A stretch of 64,000 bases of DNA from Hydrogenophaga sp. GTDB lineage: Bacteria > Pseudomonadota > Gammaproteobacteria > Burkholderiales > Burkholderiaceae_C. The translations under genes and the position numbers were made by a program. Shown here one piece after another: positions 42,827 through 55,963 of this stretch (within the stretch, counting starts at the first letter, position 1; each line of letters opens with the position of its first letter). Where the stretch lies: the NCBI RefSeq assembly GCF_030373245.1, contig NZ_JAUCZF010000008.1, positions 49,865-113,864 of the forward strand, in the 5' to 3' direction. The notes beneath the pieces were generated by a model. The model was not told where the DNA came from. It saw only the letters and a list, made by a program, of their open reading frames with translations, and did no database searches.

Positions 42827-43067
42827 GGGAGAAGTCCTCGATGCAGAAATGGAAAAAAGGCGAAGGTCCGGACGGCGCATCGGCGCCGCGAAGATCACGA
42901 CCACGCACCCACGGGGCGCTTGCACCACGGCGGGCTTGCGGGGCCAGAGCACCCTGGGATTGTGCGGGATTGTGCCGCAGCTGCTCATCAGGGTCTGCCC
43001 CGTGAGAGACCGCCCGTCTTTGCCGCTAGGGTCGAAGCGCCTGCCGGCACGCCTGGATAATGCCTGC

Positions 43068-43553
43068 ATGCACACCCGATGGAAACCCAGCGTCACCGTG
43101 GCCGCCATCATCGAGCAAGGAGGTCGCTACCTGCTGGTGGAAGAGCACACGCCCGAAGGACTGCGCCTGAACAACCCGGCCGGTCACCTCGATCCGGGCG
43201 AGAGCCCGGTGCAGGGCGTGGCGCGCGAAGCGCTGGAGGAAACCGCCCACCTATTCACGCCCAGCGAGCTGGTGGGCGTCTACGTGTCGCGCTTTCAGCG
43301 CGAAGCCACAGGCGAAGACATCACCTACCTGCGGTTTGCGTACTCGGGCGAGCTGGGTGCCCGGGAAGAGGGGCGCGCTCTGGACGACGGCATCGTGCGC
43401 ACGCTGTGGATGACGCTGGACGAGGTGCGTGCCAGCAGCGCACGCCACCGAAGCCCGCTGGTTCTGCGCTGCATTGAAGACCACGCTGCCGGCCAGCGCT
43501 ACCCGATGGCGTTGGTGTTCACCGATGCATCGGTGATGGCTGGGCCGCGCTGA
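43068..43553 (+). CDS. nudJ: Nudix hydrolase, NudJ-like
   Basis: [11 protein letters not shown] and Nudix box [20 protein letters not shown]. Confidence 0.82.
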   Translation: MHTRWKPSVTVAAIIEQGGRYLLVEEHTPEGLRLNNPAGHLDPGESPVQGVAREALEETAHLFTPSELVGVYVSRFQREATGEDITYLRFAYSGELGAREEGRALDDGIVRTLWMTLDEVRASSARHRSPLVLRCIEDHAAGQRYPMALVFTDASVMAGPR

Positions 43554-43559
43554 ACCGGC

Positions 43560-43973
43560 TCAGTCGGTCCCCGACACTCGGGCACGCAGCGTCTTGACCT
43601 GGCCGCGGCTGACCTTGCCCTCGACTCGGCGGCGCTGAGAGCCCAACGTGGGGCGCGTGGGCTTGCGCGGCTTGGGTACGACGGCCACGCTGTCAATGAG
43701 CGCCTGCAACCGCGCCAGCGCATCGGCCTTGTTTTGCTCCAGGCTGCGACTGGTCTGGGCCTTAATCACCACCACGCCTTCGGTGGTGATGCGGTGGTCG
43801 CTCAGTGCCAGCAGGCGCTGCTGAACCGCCTCGGGCAGGGACGAGCCATGGATGGCAAAGCGCAGGTGCACCGCGTTCGACACCTTGTTCACGTTCTGCC
43901 CGCCCGCGCCCTGAGCCCGGATCGCGGTGAACTGGACCTGATCTTCGGTGATGCGGGGCAATGGCGGGGTCAT
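43560..43973 (-). CDS. arfB: Alternative ribosome rescue factor ArfB (YaeJ)
   Basis: RAQGAGGQNVNKVS (GGQ motif) and basic tail PRKPTRPTLGSQRRR..K. Confidence 0.92.
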   Translation of the reverse strand: MTPPLPRITEDQVQFTAIRAQGAGGQNVNKVSNAVHLRFAIHGSSLPEAVQQRLLALSDHRITTEGVVVIKAQTSRSLEQNKADALARLQALIDSVAVVPKPRKPTRPTLGSQRRRVEGKVSRGQVKTLRARVSGTD

Positions 43974-44015
43974 GGTCACCAGTCTGGCACAAGACAAGCG
44001 TCAAAGGCCTTGCGC

Positions 44016-44576
44016 TCAGTAGCGCTCTTTCACACCCGTGACCATGGCCCTGACGAGCCGCGTGCGTTCGATACGCCCCATCACCAGCGCCGCTGCCGCG
44101 TGCAGCCCGGCGGAGGCGATCAGTGCATTGGCCAGGAATTCATGCAGGTCCTGCAACCATTCCTCGCCAAAGTAGGTGTCCGTACCTTGCATCCAGCCCG
44201 TCAAGCCGAGGGCGAGCACGAGAGCCATCATCAGCAGCATCATGACAGCGCCCAGCGGGTTGTGTCCCCAGTGGAGTACCGCTCGGCCTTGTCGCATTGC
44301 GCGCAGATGCTCCATCAAGCGCGAGGGTGTAGGGAAAAAATCCGAAAACCGTGCGTGGCGCGAACCGATGAACCCCCACGCGATGCGGGCCACCACCATG
44401 GCCGAGGCCAGGTAGCCGGTCCATTCGTGCGGCCACTCACCTTTCTCCAGGGCGAAGTAGTTCAACAACACGCAGCTCACCAGGGTCCAGTGAAACACGC
44501 GCACAAAGCGGTCCCACACGAGGCGACTGCAATCACCGGCTTGCGTGGGCCTCATCGGACCAACGCGATGGCTCAC
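44016..44576 (-). CDS. Cytochrome b/b6-domain membrane protein
   Basis: WDRFVRVFHW, HEWTGY, GHNPLGA, HEFLAN and LHAAAA. GTG overlaps the PepSY stop. Confidence 0.87.
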   Translation of the reverse strand: MSHRVGPMRPTQAGDCSRLVWDRFVRVFHWTLVSCVLLNYFALEKGEWPHEWTGYLASAMVVARIAWGFIGSRHARFSDFFPTPSRLMEHLRAMRQGRAVLHWGHNPLGAVMMLLMMALVLALGLTGWMQGTDTYFGEEWLQDLHEFLANALIASAGLHAAAALVMGRIERTRLVRAMVTGVKERY

Positions 44577-44824
44577 TTCTCGACGCGAGCGCCGGTTTCC
44601 GGATTGAACCAGTGCTCAACGTTCTTGCCATCCTTCTTGCCATAAACCTCGTAGCACTGGCCTTTGTTGACCTTGAAGGTCTTGATGGCATAGCCCTGCC
44701 CCTCGACCATCTTCTTGAAGGCTGCTTCAGGCATCCACTTGTCCTTGGGCACCTGGCACGAGGGTTCGGCAAGCGCAAAGCCGGCAACAGCGATCAGACT
44801 GGCGGCAACAATCCATTTTTACAT
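44573..44824 (-). pseudogene. PepSY-domain small secreted protein with TAA at codon 2
   Basis: Minus strand reads AAAGGA-N6-ATG TAA AAA TGG ATT GTT GCC. The frame continues KWIVAASLIAVAGFALAEPSC..KTFKV..GQCYEVYG..E.WFNPETG to TGA at 44573. Confidence 0.75.
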
Positions 44825-44883
44825 CACACATCCTTTGAAATGACTTCCAGCACATGCTGGCGAACGTATTTCATCGGCCCAAC

Positions 44884-44900
44884 TTGAAGTCAGCCTTAAG
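44884..44900 (-). promoter_or_regulatory. Candidate OmpR-family (QseB/PmrA-type) direct-repeat box CTTAAG-N5-CTTCAA
   Basis: 60 nt upstream of the PepSY ATG. Resembles CTTAA-type direct repeats from memory; not tested. Confidence 0.35.
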
Positions 44901-44939
44901 CGCTGGTGTCACCGCGGTAACCAGATGGGTGGTGGCGTG

Positions 44940-45740
44940 TCAAATTGCAGCGGCCACCCCCCCGAACACGTAGCCATCCATGGACAGCACGCCGTGGCGA
45001 ATACCGCCATCGATGCGCTCGGCAGCGACCTGCTGGCCGGCTGCGCCGGCAGCCACCAGCAGCGGCCAGAGGTGTTCGGCCGTGGGATGGGCACGCTGCG
45101 CATGCGGTGCAATCGCCACGAGCTGCCGAAGACGGTCGTGGTCGCCAGCGGTCACGACCTGCTGGATCCAGCCCGCGAACTCGGCCACGTAGGTCTCACC
45201 TGGCGCGTCGGGTGCATCGAAACGCACCTCGTGCAGGTTGTGCGTCAGGCTGCCCGATCCCACGATCAGCACGCCCTCGGCGGCCAGCGGTGCCAGCGCC
45301 TGGCCGAAGGCGTAGGCGCGTTCGCCGTCCAGCCGCGCCGGCAACGACACCTGAAAGACCGGCACGTCGGCCTGGGGATACAGGTAGAGCATCGGTACCC
45401 AGGCGCCATGGTCCAGTCCCCATTCGGCGTCGGCCTCGGCGGGGTAACCCGCTTCGCGCAGCAGCGACACGGCGCGCACCGCCACGTCCGGCGCACCCGG
45501 TGCGGGGTATTGCAGCTCGTAGAGCGCGGGCGGAAAACCGCCGAAATCGTGGATGGTCTGTGGCCGCGACGTGATGGCCACGCGAGGCTCCCGCGTCATC
45601 CAGTGCGGCGATACGATCAGGATCGCCTTCGGGCGCGGCAGCGACTGGCCGAGCGCGGTGAGTGCCAGGCCCGCTTTGCCGGGATCAATGGCGAAGGTGG
45701 GGGACCCGTGGGAAATGAACAGGGTGGGCAGGCGCGACAC
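44940..45740 (-). CDS. DODA-type extradiol dioxygenase (YgiD/LigB family)
   Basis: LFISHGSP, VSPHW, HDFGGFP, GLDHGAW, GSGSLTHNL and HPTAEH. Confidence 0.9.
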   Translation of the reverse strand: MSRLPTLFISHGSPTFAIDPGKAGLALTALGQSLPRPKAILIVSPHWMTREPRVAITSRPQTIHDFGGFPPALYELQYPAPGAPDVAVRAVSLLREAGYPAEADAEWGLDHGAWVPMLYLYPQADVPVFQVSLPARLDGERAYAFGQALAPLAAEGVLIVGSGSLTHNLHEVRFDAPDAPGETYVAEFAGWIQQVVTAGDHDRLRQLVAIAPHAQRAHPTAEHLWPLLVAAGAAGQQVAAERIDGGIRHGVLSMDGYVFGGVAAAI

Positions 45741-45899
45741 GATGACTCCATCGTTGAGAACGAACAGACACTGTAGGCTTCACGGCAGCGCGCCGGATTC
45801 AGTCGTTTGCCACGCCGTATTCAATCCAGTTGAAGTCCACCTTTCGTGAGGTCGGGTAACCGCCGAGCAGCCAACCGGAGCAGGCGGGATAATCGCACG

Positions 45900-47063
45900 A
45901 TGACAGGCAAACAGCGCGTGGTGGTGGGATTGAGCGGCGGAGTGGACTCTGCAGTGAGCGCGCACCTGCTCAAATCTCAGGGCTACGAGGTCATCGGCAT
46001 CTTCATGAAGAACTGGGAGGATGACGACAACAGCGAGTACTGCTCGTCCAACGTCGACTTCGTGGACGCCGCGGCCGTGGCCGATGTGATCGGCATCGAG
46101 ATCGAACACGTCAACTTCGCCGCCGAGTACAAGGACCGCGTATTTGCCGAATTCCTGCGTGAGTACCAGGCCGGGCGCACGCCCAACCCCGACATCCTGT
46201 GCAACGCCGAGATCAAGTTCAAGGCCTTCCTCGACCACGCGATGCGCCTGGGCGCCGAGAAGATTGCCACCGGACACTACGCCCGCGTTCGCGAACGAAA
46301 TGGCGCGTTTGAGCTGCTCAAGGGACTGGACCCGCTGAAGGACCAGAGCTACTTTTTGCACCGGCTCAACCAGACGCAGCTGTCCAAGACGCTGTTTCCG
46401 GTGGGTGAACTGCCCAAGACTGAGGTGCGCCGCATCGCCGCCGAGATCGGCATGCCGAACGCGAAGAAAAAAGACAGCACCGGCATCTGCTTCATCGGCG
46501 AGCGCCCGTTCCGCGATTTCCTGAATCGTTACATCGCCAAGGAGCCGGGCCCGATCAAAGACCCCAATGGCCGCACCATTGGGCAACATGTGGGCCTGAG
46601 CTTCTACACCCTGGGTCAGCGCCAGGGCCTGGGCATCGGGGGGGTCAAAGCCAAGGGCGCGCAAAAAGGTGGCAACGAACATGCACCCTGGTTCGTCGCG
46701 CGCAAAGACATCGAACACAACACCTTGTGGGTCGTTCAAGGCCACGACCACCCCTGGCTGCTCGCAGCCGCGCTGCGCGCGCAGGACGCCAGCTGGGTGG
46801 CAGGTCACGCGCCGGCCGGCGGCGACTTGGCCGCCAAGACGCGATACCGCCAGGCCGATGCACCCTGCACGATGGAAGCGGCCGACGACCACCATTTCAC
46901 CCTGAGATTCAGCGATCCGCAATGGGCTGTGACACCCGGGCAAAGCGCGGTGGTCTACGACGGCGAGGTCTGCCTAGGCGGTGGTGTGATCACCAGCGAC
47001 GCGGCCAGTGTGGCCTCGCTGGGCACAGCTTCGAGCGAGTCCAGCCGCACGGCCATGGCCTGA
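45900..47063 (+). CDS. mnmA: tRNA-specific 2-thiouridylase MnmA
   Basis: [38 protein letters not shown] and VTPGQ. Confidence 0.97.
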   Translation: MTGKQRVVVGLSGGVDSAVSAHLLKSQGYEVIGIFMKNWEDDDNSEYCSSNVDFVDAAAVADVIGIEIEHVNFAAEYKDRVFAEFLREYQAGRTPNPDILCNAEIKFKAFLDHAMRLGAEKIATGHYARVRERNGAFELLKGLDPLKDQSYFLHRLNQTQLSKTLFPVGELPKTEVRRIAAEIGMPNAKKKDSTGICFIGERPFRDFLNRYIAKEPGPIKDPNGRTIGQHVGLSFYTLGQRQGLGIGGVKAKGAQKGGNEHAPWFVARKDIEHNTLWVVQGHDHPWLLAAALRAQDASWVAGHAPAGGDLAAKTRYRQADAPCTMEAADDHHFTLRFSDPQWAVTPGQSAVVYDGEVCLGGGVITSDAASVASLGTASSESSRTAMA

Positions 47064-47089
47064 TCCCTGGCGAACCGGCCCGCAGTGCG

Positions 47090-48424
47090 TCAGGTCTGGT
47101 CAGGTCCGCGCAGCTTCTCGTGAATGCGCCGGGTGGTGCGCCAGGCACCCCAGAGAACCAGCGGAATGAACGATCCAGCCAGGATTTCCGGGTTGATGGG
47201 TAAGCCCGCAGCCTTGCCCGCCTTGCCCAGGTAAAGCAACAGGCTGACCACGTAGTACGAAATGGCCGCGATCGACAGGCCTTCCACCGTGGTCTGCAGG
47301 CGCAGCTGCAGTTCCTGCCCGCGGGTCAGCTTCTCCAGCAGCTGCTGGTTCTGTACTTCGGTGGCGATATCGACCCGTGTGCGCAAGAGGGCGCTGGCGC
47401 GGCTGACACGTTCAGACAGCGAGGCCAGCCGCTGCGCCGTGGCCGCCACCGTGCCCATGGCCGGCGAGAGCCGGCGCTGCATGAATTCGCCGATGGTCTG
47501 GGTGCCAGGGATCGGCTGCTCGCGCAGCTCGGCGATGCGCTGGGTCACCAGGGCATCGTAGGCGCGGGTAGCCGAGAAACGGTAGGCGTGTTCGGCTGTG
47601 GCTCGCTCCACGCCGGCGGCCAGCGACACAAGCGTGTCCAGCAGCGCCTGGTCGGTCGCGCCTTTGTTTTCCAGCTGGGCGGTGATGTCGGCCAGCTGCC
47701 GCTCGCTCTCGGCCAGCAACGGGCCCAGCTGCTTGGCCACCGGCAGGCCGCGCAAGGCCATCAGTCGGTAAGTCTCCACCTCCAGCAGGCGTTGGGAGAT
47801 GCGGCCAGCACGGGTCTCGGTGGTCTCCGGCGGCGCCACCACCAGCATGCGCTCAAAGCCGGTGTCGCGCAGCATGAAATCGGTGGCCACGATGGAGTGG
47901 CCGTTGTTGCCCATCTGTGAAGCTACCACGGTGTGCTCGCCAAGCCAGGTGCGCGCCTGGGCCAGGGTCTGCTGCGGATCGCTCAGGTCGCCGTGCAACA
48001 TGATGAGTTTGATGGCCACAAAGGTGCGCCCTGGGATGTTCGCCAGCCAGTCGACCGGCAACACCAGGTGCGACAGCAGCTCGGGGTCGCGGGTGCCCAG
48101 GTGGGCCTCGTCGGGCAGGGGCTGCACGAGCGAGTAGCGGCTGAATTCGGTGTGGCGCTCCCACTTGAGCGTGTAGCCCGGCAATCGCAGCCGCAGGAAG
48201 TGGCCTTGCAGATCAGCCGGCGTCAGCCCGTCCTGGCCCGGCAGGCCACGCAGGTGCTCACACTCCTGCTCGCGGCTGACACCGTCGTTGAACACCGCGA
48301 CAAACACCACCAGCGCTGGCAGACGGATACGCGCCGGCGGGCGAGCGTGCACCTCGTTGTGCAGTTCGGTGCGCAGGCCGTCATCGGCCGGCAAGGGGCG
48401 GTAGGTCGTGGCGGAGGCGGACAT
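47090..48424 (-). CDS. DUF3422 family membrane-anchored protein
   Basis: ELHNEVHARP, KWERHTEF, LLEVETYRLMALRGLP, RLQTTVEGLSIAAISYY, two C-terminal TM helices. Confidence 0.85.
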   Translation of the reverse strand: MSASATTYRPLPADDGLRTELHNEVHARPPARIRLPALVVFVAVFNDGVSREQECEHLRGLPGQDGLTPADLQGHFLRLRLPGYTLKWERHTEFSRYSLVQPLPDEAHLGTRDPELLSHLVLPVDWLANIPGRTFVAIKLIMLHGDLSDPQQTLAQARTWLGEHTVVASQMGNNGHSIVATDFMLRDTGFERMLVVAPPETTETRAGRISQRLLEVETYRLMALRGLPVAKQLGPLLAESERQLADITAQLENKGATDQALLDTLVSLAAGVERATAEHAYRFSATRAYDALVTQRIAELREQPIPGTQTIGEFMQRRLSPAMGTVAATAQRLASLSERVSRASALLRTRVDIATEVQNQQLLEKLTRGQELQLRLQTTVEGLSIAAISYYVVSLLLYLGKAGKAAGLPINPEILAGSFIPLVLWGAWRTTRRIHEKLRGPDQT

Positions 48425-48480
48425 GCGCCACATTGTGCCGCCACTTGCCCGGCCCGGGCCCATCTGCATCCGGCCGCCCA

Positions 48481-48517
48481 CAAGAAAAGACCCGCCGGGC
48501 CGAAGCCGGGCGGGTCA
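48481..48517 (-). terminator. Intrinsic terminator after ssb
   Basis: GACCCGCC(G/C)GGC stem with a CGAA/TTCG loop, followed on the minus strand by TTTTCTT. Confidence 0.7.
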
Positions 48518-48564
48518 AGGGCCACGTCCAGGGAGGACGGGCGTGGCCATCATGCGGATTTGTA

Positions 48565-49062
48565 TCAGAAGGGAATGTCGTCGTCCATGTCGTCAAAGCC
48601 GCTGGACTGGCGCGCGGGCGCAGCGGCGGGGGCTTGGCGCGGCGCGGGAGCCGGTGCGCGAGCTGCCGAGGCAGGGCGCGAGTAGCCACCGCCACTTTCT
48701 TCGCCGCCACCACCACCCATGCCCTCTCGGCCACCGAGCAGCTGCATTTCGGTGGCGATGATATCCACCGTGTTCTTTTCCACCCCGGTGGCCTTGTCCA
48801 CGTAGGTTCCGTACTTGAGGCGACCTTCCACGTAGATCGGGCGACCCTTTTTCACATATTCGCCAGCGATCTCGGCCAGGCGGTCGTAAAAGGTGACGCG
48901 GTGCCACTGCGTGTCTTCGATCATTTCGCCGCTGTTCTTGTCCTTGCGGCGGCTTGATGTGGCGACGGATACATTGGCCACCGCCTGACCTGAAGGCAGG
49001 TAACGGATTTCGGGATCGCGGCCGCAGTTGCCGACGAGGATGACTTTGTTGACGGAGGCCAT
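48565..49062 (-). CDS. ssb: Single-stranded DNA-binding protein
   Basis: [24 protein letters not shown], Gly-rich linker, C-terminal DDDIPF. Confidence 0.97.
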   Translation of the reverse strand: MASVNKVILVGNCGRDPEIRYLPSGQAVANVSVATSSRRKDKNSGEMIEDTQWHRVTFYDRLAEIAGEYVKKGRPIYVEGRLKYGTYVDKATGVEKNTVDIIATEMQLLGGREGMGGGGGEESGGGYSRPASAARAPAPAPRQAPAAAPARQSSGFDDMDDDIPF

Positions 49063-49184
49063 GGAGGTTCCTTGGAGGGACTTGAATGAGAGGCAGCGGC
49101 GCCACCGCCGCCCGACTTGGCATTGTGCCGCAAGCCCGCGGCCAGAGGTCAAGTGCGCGGGATGCCACAATGGACCGCTGCGCC

Positions 49185-50636
49185 ATGAATCGCGAACCCG
49201 ATTTTTTCCAGAACCTGCAGGACGAACTGTCCGACGGTCGCGCGTGGCTGGACCGCAGCATCGTGCTCGGCTACGCGGTGCTGGCGGGCCTGTTCGTGGT
49301 GGCATTCACCTACATGAGCGAGCACGCGTTCGAGTGGTTCAAACACCTGCACGCCTCCTCGCCCTGGGTGGTGCTGATCTGGACGCCGGCCCTCACCGCC
49401 GGCATCGTCTGGTGCACTCGGCGCTACTTCCCGGGTGCCTCCGGCTCGGGCATTCCCCAGGTGATCTCGGCACTGGACCCGCAAGTGAGCTCCAGCGCAC
49501 GGCGCCATTTTGTTTCGCTGCGCCTGACCCTGGCCAAGATGGTGCTGGGTGCTGCGGGCCTGCTGGCCGGGCTCTCGGCTGGGCGCGAAGGCCCATCGGT
49601 GCAGGTCGCCGCCGGTGTGATGCACGACGCGCGGCGCTGGCTGCGTCCGGGCTCGGCGATGAACGATCAGGCGCTGCTGGTGGCCGGCGGCGCGGCAGGT
49701 ATCGCCGCCGCCTTCAACGCACCACTGGCCGGCGTGGTGTTCGCCATCGAGGAGCTGTCCAAGCGCATGGACTCGCGCACCAACGGCGTGATCATCTCGG
49801 CCATCGTGCTCGCCGGCCTGGTGTCCATTTCCTTTTTCGGCAACCTGACCTATTTCGGCTCCATCGCCGTGCCAGGCCTGAGCTGGCAGGTGTTTTTCCC
49901 TGGCCTGGCCGTGGTGCTGCTGTGCGGCGTGCTGGGTGGCCTCTTCTCGCGCCTGCTGGTTGCCTCCATTGAAGGCATGCCCGACCGATGGAGCCGCTAC
50001 CGCCGAGCCAAGCCGGTGCGGTTTGCGGCGGGCGCCGGGCTGGCGATTGCGGTCATCGGCCTGGTCAGCGGCGGCGCCACCTTCGGCGCCGGCGCCGAAG
50101 AGGTGCGCAGCATGCTCGCTGGCGAGAGCGATGTCACGCGCCTGTATGTGCTGCTCAAGCTGGTGGCGACCTGGCTCACCGCCTGGAGCGGCGTGCCAGG
50201 TGGCATTTTTGCGCCCTCTTTGTCGATCGGTGCCGGCGTGGGCAACGACATGGCGCAGCTGTTTCTAGGCAGCGATGCGCGCATGCTCGCGCCGATCCTG
50301 ATTGCCCTGGGCATGACGGCCTTTCTTGCCGCCACCACCCAGGCCCCGCTGACCTCGTTCATCATCGTGATGGAAATGATCGACGGCCGGGCCATGGTGC
50401 TCAGCCTGATGGCCGCAGCCATGCTGGCCAACCTCATCGCGCGCCTCATCAGTCGCCCGCTCTACTCCACGCTTTCCTCGCTGATGATCCAGGCCGCGAT
50501 CAAGACCGGCGAGCCCGCGCAACGGATGGAGACGACCGCTGGCGACACGGCCGTGGCCGAGCCCCCTGAAGCGGGTTCAGACCCCGCGACACCCCCGTCC
50601 CCTGAAACACCTCCAGCGTCGGGCTCGCCGCGCTGA
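49185..50636 (+). CDS. ClC-family chloride/H+ transporter without CBS domains
   Basis: GSGIP, GREGP (gating Glu) and GGIFAP. Confidence 0.9.
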   Translation: MNREPDFFQNLQDELSDGRAWLDRSIVLGYAVLAGLFVVAFTYMSEHAFEWFKHLHASSPWVVLIWTPALTAGIVWCTRRYFPGASGSGIPQVISALDPQVSSSARRHFVSLRLTLAKMVLGAAGLLAGLSAGREGPSVQVAAGVMHDARRWLRPGSAMNDQALLVAGGAAGIAAAFNAPLAGVVFAIEELSKRMDSRTNGVIISAIVLAGLVSISFFGNLTYFGSIAVPGLSWQVFFPGLAVVLLCGVLGGLFSRLLVASIEGMPDRWSRYRRAKPVRFAAGAGLAIAVIGLVSGGATFGAGAEEVRSMLAGESDVTRLYVLLKLVATWLTAWSGVPGGIFAPSLSIGAGVGNDMAQLFLGSDARMLAPILIALGMTAFLAATTQAPLTSFIIVMEMIDGRAMVLSLMAAAMLANLIARLISRPLYSTLSSLMIQAAIKTGEPAQRMETTAGDTAVAEPPEAGSDPATPPSPETPPASGSPR

Positions 50637-50651
50637 CTCCGGGCGAAAAAC

Positions 50652-51821
50652 TCAGAGCGACTTGCCCGAAGCCTTCATGGGCCAGGCGAGCAGCAGCCAC
50701 AGCAGCATGAGCGCAGCGCTCAGTCCAAAAATGCCGCTGTTGCCCCAGGCCTTGAGCACCAGGCCGCCCAGGCTGCCGCCCGCGAAAATGCCGAGCGACA
50801 TCAGCGTGTTGTAGACACCGAGTGCAGCGCCACGCTGGTGCGGCCTGGCAAGTCGTGACACCAGGCTGGGCTGGCTCGCCTCCTGGGTGTTGAAACCCAG
50901 GAAATACAGGCCCAGCAACAGGCCCACGCCCCAGGCCGATGGCGTGTCCAGGCTGAACAGTAGGCCGATCTGCACCAAGGCAATGAGTGCAATGGCGCCC
51001 AGATACACCGCTCGGAAATACCCCTGCCGCTCCAGACGGAACAGCAGCCCACCCATGACCAGCAACGAGCCCAGCACCGCGGGCAGGTAAATGTGCCATT
51101 GCTCGGCAGTCGCCACGCCCGCTTCGCGCAGCAGCGCGGGCACCGACATCCACATCGCGATCTGCACGGCGTGCAGCACAAACACGCCCAGGTCCACGCG
51201 CAGCAGCTCCGTGTCCCGCAGCACCTCGCGCAAGCCGCCGCGCTCGACCGCCTGGTGCTGCGCCGGCTCAGGCGGCACCACCCAGGCCACCACCGCCATG
51301 CCCACCAACGCCAACACACCGGTGAGGGCGAACAGGCCAGCCAGCCCGATGTGGGGCACGAGGGCCGGCGCCATCACCAGCGAGAGCGCGAACATCAGCG
51401 CGATGCTGATACCGATCAAGGCCATCGATTTGGTGCGCACCTGGTCGCGCGTGAGGTCCGCCAGCAGCGCCGTGACCGCGGCCGAAATGGCGCCGGCACC
51501 TTGCAAGGCCCGGCCCACGACCAGCCACATCAGGTTGGGAGCCCAGGCGGCGATGAAGCTGCCCAGCACGAACACCACCAGCCCAGCCAGGATCACCGGC
51601 TTGCGGCCAAAGCGGTCCGAGGCGATGCCCATCGGCATTTGCAGCAGCGCCTGGGTCAGGCCATAAATGCCCATGGCCAGACCCACCAGCGCGGGGTCGT
51701 CACCACCGGGATAGTTGTGGGCCTCCAGCACGAACACCGGCAGCACCAGAAAGAGGCCCAGCATGCGCAGCGCGTAGATCGACGCCAGCGACGCGCTGGC
51801 GCGCCGCTCGCCGGCCGTCAT
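50652..51821 (-). CDS. yajR: MFS transporter, YajR-like
   Basis: ERRASASLASIYALRMLGLFLVLP and SDRFGRKPVI. Start could extend to 51896. Confidence 0.82.
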   Translation of the reverse strand: MTAGERRASASLASIYALRMLGLFLVLPVFVLEAHNYPGGDDPALVGLAMGIYGLTQALLQMPMGIASDRFGRKPVILAGLVVFVLGSFIAAWAPNLMWLVVGRALQGAGAISAAVTALLADLTRDQVRTKSMALIGISIALMFALSLVMAPALVPHIGLAGLFALTGVLALVGMAVVAWVVPPEPAQHQAVERGGLREVLRDTELLRVDLGVFVLHAVQIAMWMSVPALLREAGVATAEQWHIYLPAVLGSLLVMGGLLFRLERQGYFRAVYLGAIALIALVQIGLLFSLDTPSAWGVGLLLGLYFLGFNTQEASQPSLVSRLARPHQRGAALGVYNTLMSLGIFAGGSLGGLVLKAWGNSGIFGLSAALMLLWLLLAWPMKASGKSL

Positions 51822-52012
51822 GCGCGTGGCGGTGCTGGTGTCTGCAGCGCGGGCAGAGGGGGCTGGGTTCAGGGCGGACACGTCGGCTGTAGGCAAAGCC
51901 GGTATTGTGGCCGAACCCTGGGTTGCACACGGGCGTTACGCCTGCAGCGCCAGCCCGCTCGGCTTATCATGCTCGGTTGCCTTTCTTTCGGCGGTTGCAC
52001 CCGTCCTTCCCC

Positions 52013-55189
<3,177 letters not shown>

Positions 55190-55198
55190 GACCGGGGC

Positions 55199-55756
55199 TC
55201 AGAGCCGACCAAGGTCCTCGATCGCATCCACCACCAGGCTGGTGCCGATGGCGATCAACAGGATGTCAGAGGCCACACGCACGAACTTGTGGCCCTCCGG
55301 TGGTACGCCCAGACGAACCTGCACCGCAGCGGGGACAGGGTAGTACACCACCGCCGTCGGCAAGGGCTCGCCACGGCTCCACCCCTTGGCCTGGCCAGGG
55401 GGCTGACAGCCGTTGCCCTTCTTCTTCAATCCGGGAGGACACTTGCCCGCCTTCATGCGGGGTTCGTAGTAGTCCCTCACGACAACGCGCTGCGAATCAC
55501 GGAAATAGCCACCGATCTGGATGCTGACCGACACGTTTCCCTCCGCCTGGCGCACCGCGGGGGACGCCACTTCTCGGCCACCTGAACGGTCGCTTTCCCG
55601 GCGGTCGTCGCGGTCGTGCTTCTGCTGCTTGGCCGGCTTGCCGGACTTACCCTCGTCCACCCACTCAGGCTTTTCGGCGAGGCTGGGCAAACTCGACAGC
55701 GCCAGGCAGGCGGCCAGCAACAGGGATTGAGATCGAAGGCAAGACGAGTCGGCCAT
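55199..55756 (-). CDS. Secreted RcnB-like periplasmic protein
   Basis: Signal peptide, CPPGLKKKGNGCQPPGQAKGWSRGEPLP and PPEGHKFVRVASDILLI. Confidence 0.7.
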   Translation of the reverse strand: MADSSCLRSQSLLLAACLALSSLPSLAEKPEWVDEGKSGKPAKQQKHDRDDRRESDRSGGREVASPAVRQAEGNVSVSIQIGGYFRDSQRVVVRDYYEPRMKAGKCPPGLKKKGNGCQPPGQAKGWSRGEPLPTAVVYYPVPAAVQVRLGVPPEGHKFVRVASDILLIAIGTSLVVDAIEDLGRL

Positions 55757-55963
55757 GGCGTGGTTTCGAAGATTGGGAACAAAGAAAAGGAAACGTGATG
55801 CTGACAGCAACGCCAGCAGTATGCCCCCACGCGCCAAAGGATTCGTTACGACATGTCCATGTGGGAGCGCCTTGCTCGGCGAGACTTTCGCTGTCCTACT
55901 GCCACGGTGGCAACCTATCGAAGTCGATGGCAGACTGCGCAATCTGTTTCGAATTGCCCGCAC

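Noticed and set aside
50555-50636. ClC C-terminal [11 protein letters not shown] as another family A remnant
   Set aside because: Only a short GSDP-like match, and the 21-nt core is not conserved. Cannot be distinguished from a generic Pro-rich tail.
51897-52012. LexA (SOS) box upstream of uvrA or ssb
   Set aside because: No CTGT-N8-ACAG match found by eye.
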